DNA of 64,000 nucleotides, taken from contig OZ024748.1 in NCBI GenBank assembly GCA_964016885.1, positions 56,172,001 through 56,236,000 on the forward strand. The letters run 5' to 3'. This document shows, in pieces, positions 15,200-64,000 of this stretch; the first letter of the stretch is position 1; every line of letters starts with the position of its first letter. The translations under genes were made by a program, and so were the position numbers. Source of the DNA: Eledone cirrhosa (lineage: Eukaryota). The notes under the pieces were generated by a model, which worked only from the letters and a program-made list of their open reading frames with translations, was not told the DNA's origin and did not search any database.

Positions 15200-16245
15200 T
15201 AATATTGGTGTTGGTGGTGGTGGTGGTGGTGGTGGTGGTGGTGGTGGTGGTGGTGGTGGTGGTGATGGTGGTTGTGTGGGATTGTGTGGTGTTGTTCTTG
15301 TTGCTATTGTGGTGGCGGCATTGGTTAACGATGGTTGTAGATTATATTATGACAATGATGGTGTGGTGGCGATATTGATGAAGATGGTGATGGTGATGGC
15401 GTGGTGGTATGGATGGAGATGGTGGTGGTGATGGTGTGGTAGTGGTCTTGATGAAGATGTTGGTGTTGATGGTGTCCTGGTATTGATGGAGATGATGGTG
15501 GTGATGGAGTGGTGGTGTTGACGAAGAACGTGGTGGTGTTGGTGGTGGTGGCAATGATGGTGGTGGTGATGGTGGTGGTGGCAATGATGGTGGTGGTGGT
15601 GATGGTGGTGGTGGCAATGATGGTGGTGGTAATGATGGTGGTGGTGGCAATGATGGTGGTGGTGGTGATGGTGGTGGTGGCAATGATGGTGGTGGCGGTG
15701 ATGGTGGTGGTGGCTGTGAGGGTGGTGGTGGTGGTGATGGTGGTGGTGACAATGATGGTGGTGGTGGTGGTGGTGGTGATGGTGGTGGTGGTGGTGGTGG
15801 CAATGATGGTGGTGGTGGTGGTGGTGGTGGTGATGGTGGTGGTCGTGGTGGTGGCAATGATGGTGGTGATGGTGGTGGTGGTGGTGGTGGTGGTGGTGGT
15901 GGTGGTGGTGGTGGTGGTGGTGGTGGCAATGATTGTGGTGGTGGTGGTGGTGGTGGTGATGGTGGTGGTGGTGGTGGTGGCAATGATGGTGGTGATGGTG
16001 GTGGTGGCAATGATGGTGGTGGTGGTGGGGATGGTGGTGGTGATGGTGATAGTGGTGGTGGTGGTGGTGGTAGTGGTGGTGGTAGTGGTGGTGGTGATAT
16101 TGATGAGGAAGACTAATGGGATGATAAAGAGAATGGTGGGTATGATGATTCATGATGATGATGATGATGATGATGATGGTGCTGAAGGTGATTGGCATGA
16201 TATTGTTGATGATGTTGTCCATGATGATGGTAATGAAATGAGGAC

Positions 16246-16282
<37 letters not shown>

Positions 16283-16315
16283 GCGAAGTTGATGGCGATG
16301 GTGATGATGATGATA
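15200..16315. repeat. (GGT/GAT)n trinucleotide-derived low-complexity tract
   Basis: Direct inspection. Confidence 0.95.
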
Positions 16316-17509
16316 ACGTCCAAACAGGACTTGCGAAAATGCGAGACCCATAGGGAGAAGAAAACACGGAGTGAGAAAGTAAGGGAAAGAGAATGATAGA
16401 GAGAGGGAGAGATAGGTGAGAGAGAACGAGAGAGAGGGAGAGATAGGTGAGAGAGAACGAGAGAGGGGGGTAGACAGGTGAGAGAGATATAGAGGGAGAG
16501 ATAGATATAGAGAGGGGGAGATAGGTGAGAGAGATGAAAAGAGTAGTGAGAATATGTGTGTATTTATGTGTGTATATGTGTGTGTGGCTGTACATATGGA
16601 TGTATGTGTATGTGTGTGTATGTAATTGTGTGTATATCTAAGTGTATGCGTGTGTATGTAAGTGTGTGTGTGTATGTAAGTGAGTGTGTGTGTATGTAAG
16701 TGTGTGTGTATGTAAGTGTGTGTACGTAAGTGTGTGTACGTAAGTGTGTGTCTATATGTAACTGTGTGTGTGTGTATGTAAGTGTGTGTGTGTGTATGTA
16801 AGTGTGTATGTGTATGTAAGTGTGTATGTGTATGTAAGTGTGTGTGTGTGTATGTAAGTGTGTATGTGTTTGTAAGTGTGTGTGTGTGTGTATGTAAGTG
16901 TGTATGTGTATGTAAGTGTGTATGTGTATGTAAGTGTGTGTGTGTATGTACGTGTGTGTGAGTATGTAAGTATGTATGTGTATGTAAGTGTGTGTGTGTA
17001 TAGATGTCGAGACAGGTTATAGTGGTGATGTATATGTGTGGTGGGAGGTTTTCGGCTGAAAAACGTCAAGCAACCTTGGCACAGACAGACAGCATAGTGA
17101 GAGAGAGAGAGAGAAAGCGATAGAGAGAGGGGAGGGGGGTGGGGGGGAGAAAATGGGGCAGAGGGAGGTGGGAGGAGAAAGAGAGGTAGAGAAGCGGGGA
17201 GGGAGCGAGAGTAAGTGTAATAAAGGTAGAGAGGGGGAAGTACGTGTAGGGAAAATGGTAGGTAAGGGTTAGAGAAATGGACGTTAATCCACGTTTGGAA
17301 ATTTACGTACATATATCTTTTCTTCCTTATGATGATGACGTCGGTAGTGATAAGTATGGCTGTGATGTTGGTTTTGATGTTGATGTTGATGTTACTGATG
17401 GTGATGGTTGTAATGAGTGTGGTGTAGTTGATAGAGGTGAAGGTGGTAATGGAGGTGCTATGATTCTGAAGGTACTCGAGACGTCACTACCGGTGGTAAT
17501 GGCATTCCT

Positions 17510-19020
17510 GTTTGTGATTGTGGCGGTGTTGGTGATGATTGTGATTGTGGCGGTGTTGGTGATAGTTTGTGATTGTGGCGGTGTTGGTGATGATTGTGAT
17601 TGTGGCGGTGTTGGTGATAGTTTGTGATTGTGGCGGTGTTGGTGATGATTGTGATTGTGGTGGTGTTGGTGATAGTTTGTGATTGTGGCGGTGTTGGTGA
17701 TAGTTTGTGATTGTGGCGGTGTTGGTGATGATTGTGATTGTGGCGGTGATGGTGATGATTGTGATTGTGGCGGTGTTGGTGATGATTGTGATTGTGGCGG
17801 TGTTGGTGATAGTTTGTGATTGTGGCGGTGTTGGTGATAGTTTGTGATTGTGGCGGTGTTGGTGATGATTGTGATTGTGGCGGTGATGGTGATGATTGTG
17901 ATTGTGGCGGTGTTGGTGATGATTGTGATTGTGGCGGTGTTGGTGATAGTTTGTGATTGTGGCGGTGATGGTGATGATTGTGATTGTGGTGGTGTTGGTG
18001 ATGATTGTGATTGTGGCGGTGTTGGTGATGATTGTGATTGTGGTGGTGTTGGTGATAGTTTGTGATTGTGGCGGTGTTGGTGATAGTTTGTGATTGTGGC
18101 GGTGTTGGTGATGATTGTGATTGTGGCGGTGATGGTGATGATTGTGATTGTGGCGGTGTTGGTGATGATTGTGATTGTGGCGGTGTTGGTGATAGTTTGT
18201 GATTGTGGCGGTGATGGTGATGATTGTGATTGTGGTGGTGTTGGTGATGATTGTGATTGTGGCGGTGTTGGTGATGATTGTGATTGTGGTGGTGTTGGTG
18301 ATAGTTTGTGATTGTGGCGGTGTTGGTGATGATTGTGATTGTGGCGGTGTTGGTGATAGTTTGTGATTGTGGCGGTGTTGGTGATGATTGTGATTGTGGC
18401 GGTGTTGGTGATAGTTTGTGATTGTGGCGGTGTTGGTGATGATTGTGATTGTGGCGGTGTTGGTGATAGTTTGTGATTGTGGCGGTGTTGGTGATGATTG
18501 TGATTGTGGCGGTGTTGGTGATAGTTTGTGATTGTGGCGGTGTTGGTGATGATTGTGATTGTGGCGGTGTTGGTGATGATTGTGATTGTGGTGGTGTTGG
18601 TGATAGTTTGTGATTGTGGCGGTGTTGGTGATGATTGTGATTGTGGCGGTGTTGGTGATAGTTTGTGATTGTGGCGGTGTTGGTGATGATTGTGATTGTG
18701 GTGGTGTTGGTGATAGTTTGTGATTGTGGCGGTGATGGTGATGATTGTGATTGTGGTGGTGTTGGTGATGATTGTGATTGTGGCGGTGATGGTGATGATT
18801 GTGATTGTGGTGGTGTTGGTGATAGTTTGTGATTGTGGTGGTGTTGGTGATGATTGTGATTGTGGTGGTGTTGGTGATAGTTTGTGATTGTGGCGGTGTT
18901 GGTGATGATTGTGATTGTGGCGGTGATGGTAATGATTGTGATTGTGGCGGTGTTGGTGATAGTATGTGATTGTGGTGGTGTTGGTGATGATTGTGATTGT
19001 GGTGGTGTTGGTGATAGTTT
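17510..19020. repeat. Mixed 27/28-bp minisatellite
   Basis: Units TGTGATTGTGGCGGTGTTGGTGATGAT and TGTGATTGTGGCGGTGTTGGTGATAGTT. Confidence 0.95.
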
Positions 19021-19063
19021 CGATTATGATTGTGATGTTGAATATCACATTAATTATTTTGAT

Positions 19064-19270
19064 GGGGTGGATTGGTAGTATCAGTAGAGGCTCGGACGCC
19101 ATGCTTTGTAGCATAGAGTTTCGGCCCTTTATGGTCTGAGTTCAAATCCCGCCGAGGTTTACTTTGCCTTTCATCCTTACGGTGTCGCTAAAATAAAGCA
19201 CCAGTAACGTACTGGGGTCGATTTAATCGACTTTTCCTTCCCCTTTAAAAAGTTACTGGCCTTGAAAATC
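19064..19270 (+). mobile_element. tRNA-derived SINE with Nin/Deu-like domain
   Basis: B-box GAGTTCAAATC and GCCTTTCATCCT...TAAAATAAAGCACC domain; same family as the minus-strand copies. Confidence 0.8.
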
Positions 19271-19919
19271 ATATTATGGGTGATTGTATATGTTTGTGAT
19301 GGTGACGTTGATGAGGGCAATGGTTGTGATGGTAGTGACAGTGACATTGATAGCATTGGCTGTGATTGTGTTGACGCTGTTCTTGTAAATAGAATGTTGA
19401 AGGTAATGATTATGATTGGAATGCTGATGTCATTGTTTGGTTGTGATATTTTTAAAGACGTAGATTCTATTTGTGATGGTGTTTGATAGTTTTGTTGCTG
19501 CCTGTGGTTGTGATGGTGATTGTTATGGTAATAAGAACAGTTTTGATTATCATGCTAATTGTGATGCTAATGTTGATGATTTTGCTGCTTGATAAAGATT
19601 GTGTTTGCGATGGGGACGATGATGTTAATTGTTGTTATTTTGATGTTAATGGAGATGGTGTTAGTCCTGATTTGGTTGGCGTTGCTTATGGTGAAGGTTG
19701 TGTGTTTTCGTAGGTGACAGTTGTGATTATAATGGTTTGTATATTGTTTACGGCGTTGATGGTACTGGTGGTGATGTAGTTTCATGTTGTTCATGGTGAT
19801 GAAACGAGTGTCTTATCTGGTGACATTTATGAGTGTAATGGCTGTTGTATAGTGTATGTGGCTGATAGTGTTCAATAGCTTTAAATATACATGCAAACAG
19901 AATATTTATAATTTTAGAA

Positions 19920-61945
<42,026 letters not shown>

Positions 61946-62009
61946 CTATTGAATTGAACATGTTTAGAGAGATATAGAAACAGAATAGTTAGAATAATAG
62001 ATGCATAGT

Positions 62010-62096
<87 letters not shown>

Positions 62097-62100
<4 letters not shown>

Positions 62101-62218
62101 ATAATAATACAATTGAAGACTAAAATCCAAAGAGGGCTCGATAAGGAAAATATATATCAAATATATAAGAAAGGGTGAAAGCAGCGATTCTTTACTTAAA
62201 CTTTAATCTGTTATTTTA

Positions 62219-62292
<74 letters not shown>

Positions 62293-62296
62293 ATAA

Positions 62297-62331
<35 letters not shown>

Positions 62332-62427
62332 ATAATAATAAACATTTGAAGACTAAAATCCAAAGAGGTCTCGATAAGGATAAATATATATCGAATATAT
62401 AAGAACCGTAGAGCAAATAATCTGTTA

Positions 62428-62435
<8 letters not shown>
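62097..62435. mobile_element. Two rearranged family A tail fragments with inversion junctions
   Basis: 62097-62170 (-) joined to 62171-62224 (+); 62330-62417 (-) joined to 62418-62434 (+). Confidence 0.7.
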
Positions 62436-62475
<40 letters not shown>

Positions 62476-62648
62476 CGCCACCATGTTTTGTACGCAATTA
62501 ATGGCGTGTGGTCGTCAGACAACACATGTGACCCTCGGTTTGAGATACCTGGTCTAAAAGCCATATCATTTGTACTGCCCCTCTGTTTTTTGTTCTCTGT
62601 TCATTTATTCAACTATATATATATATATAATATATATATATATACATG

Positions 62649-62699
<51 letters not shown>

Positions 62700-62921
62700 A
62701 CACATATATATATCTATATATAGATATATAATATATATATATATAACATATATATATATATATACATATATACATATATATATATAACATATATATACTT
62801 ATATAATATATATATATATACATATATAATGTGTGTATATATATATATATACATATATATATAACACATATATATCTATATATAGATATATAATATATAT
62901 ATATATAACATATATTTATAT

Positions 62922-62952
<31 letters not shown>

Positions 62953-63066
62953 TAACATATATATATGTATATGCTTATATAATATATATATATATATACA
63001 TATATGATGTACATATATAAATATATATATATATATATATACTTATATAATATATATATAGAGATA

Positions 63067-63135
<69 letters not shown>

Positions 63136-63249
63136 CATATATATTTATATATATATATATATACATATATATACATATATATACATATATATTTATATAT
63201 ATATATACATATATATATATATTTATGTTATATATATATATATATATAT

Positions 63250-63324
<75 letters not shown>

Positions 63325-63509
63325 TATGTGTGTGTGTGAATGGTCAGATAGATAGGTTGCAATATAAATATATATTTCGCAAAAGACAAGGAGCTTCAAA
63401 TGTGTGCGACACATACACAAAATCACTCACTCTCATATATAGACATACACAAGACACGTATACACACACACATTTATATGTATATTTAAATGTGTGCGTA
63501 TACGTGTGC

Positions 63510-63548
<39 letters not shown>

Positions 63549-63742
63549 ACGCACACTCGCATGCTTTCTTTCCAAGTCCCTCCTCTTATTCTATTTCATG
63601 CTTTACCTATTTTTCTTCGAATAGAAATAATTTTAATTAACTTGAAGTCCATAGTACCTATATATCTATCAATCTATGTATCTCTCTATATACCTAATTA
63701 GCTATCTAACTTTATATATCTCTATATATCTATCTATCTCTA

Positions 63743-63774
<32 letters not shown>

Positions 63775-63780
63775 AAAAAC

Positions 63781-64000
63781 GAAGGAGAGGCGGTTTTCCT
63801 TTGTGTGATAGCTATGGCGAAAGAGGTTGTATGGTGGACAAGGTTGAAAGGGCTGAGGTCAGACACCTTTCTCTCCGGCCAACAACTGATTCTTTTTTTC
63901 AAATACCACTTTGGAAGAAGAATCAGGATGGAGAGAGAGGTGCTGTACCCCAGCAAGTTTTATGAAAGGTGGGTGAAAGTGGCGAGAATGGCCCGAGTGA
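63781..64000 (+). mobile_element. 5'-truncated Tx1/L1-clade non-LTR retrotransposon, ORF2 C-terminal fragment
   Basis: Open frame EGEAVFLCVIAMAKEVVWWTRLKGL...FYERWVKVARM with the AKxxxWxxR and FxxRW pattern of L1/Tx1 ORF2 ends; begins right after (TATC)n. Confidence 0.7.

Noticed and set aside
17327-19114. 595-aa minus-strand ORF
   Set aside because: It starts in a SINE and runs through a 27/28-bp minisatellite with rotating frames.

Overview
Eukaryotic, microsatellite-saturated DNA: (AT)n, (AC)n, (AG)n and (ACC/GGT)n tracts plus several minisatellites. The SINE and repeat content resembles an octopod cephalopod genome (inference from recalled repeat motifs). Almost every ORF in the supplied track is a translation of simple repeats. 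Reading the few unique islands gave three main results. (1) A candidate divergent STING (TMEM173)-like gene on the minus strand: nine small, phase-compatible GT-AG exons spread over ~42 kb (61945 to 19920), with STING motifs in the correct order but apparently altered ligand-binding residues; its N-terminus probably lies beyond the window. (2) A cluster of Penelope-like element remnants: a GIY-YIG endonuclease pseudogene and at least four hammerhead-ribozyme-bearing pLTR families. One family has a complete extended type I hammerhead with a conserved CAGAAGA (U4A) core, and several copies form fold-back junctions inside the ribozyme. (3) Other mobile DNA: SINEs, RTE-like and Tx1/L1-like fragments, and a hAT MITE whose end seeded a 59-bp satellite. 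No database searches were run; all protein comparisons rely on recalled sequences and need checking.
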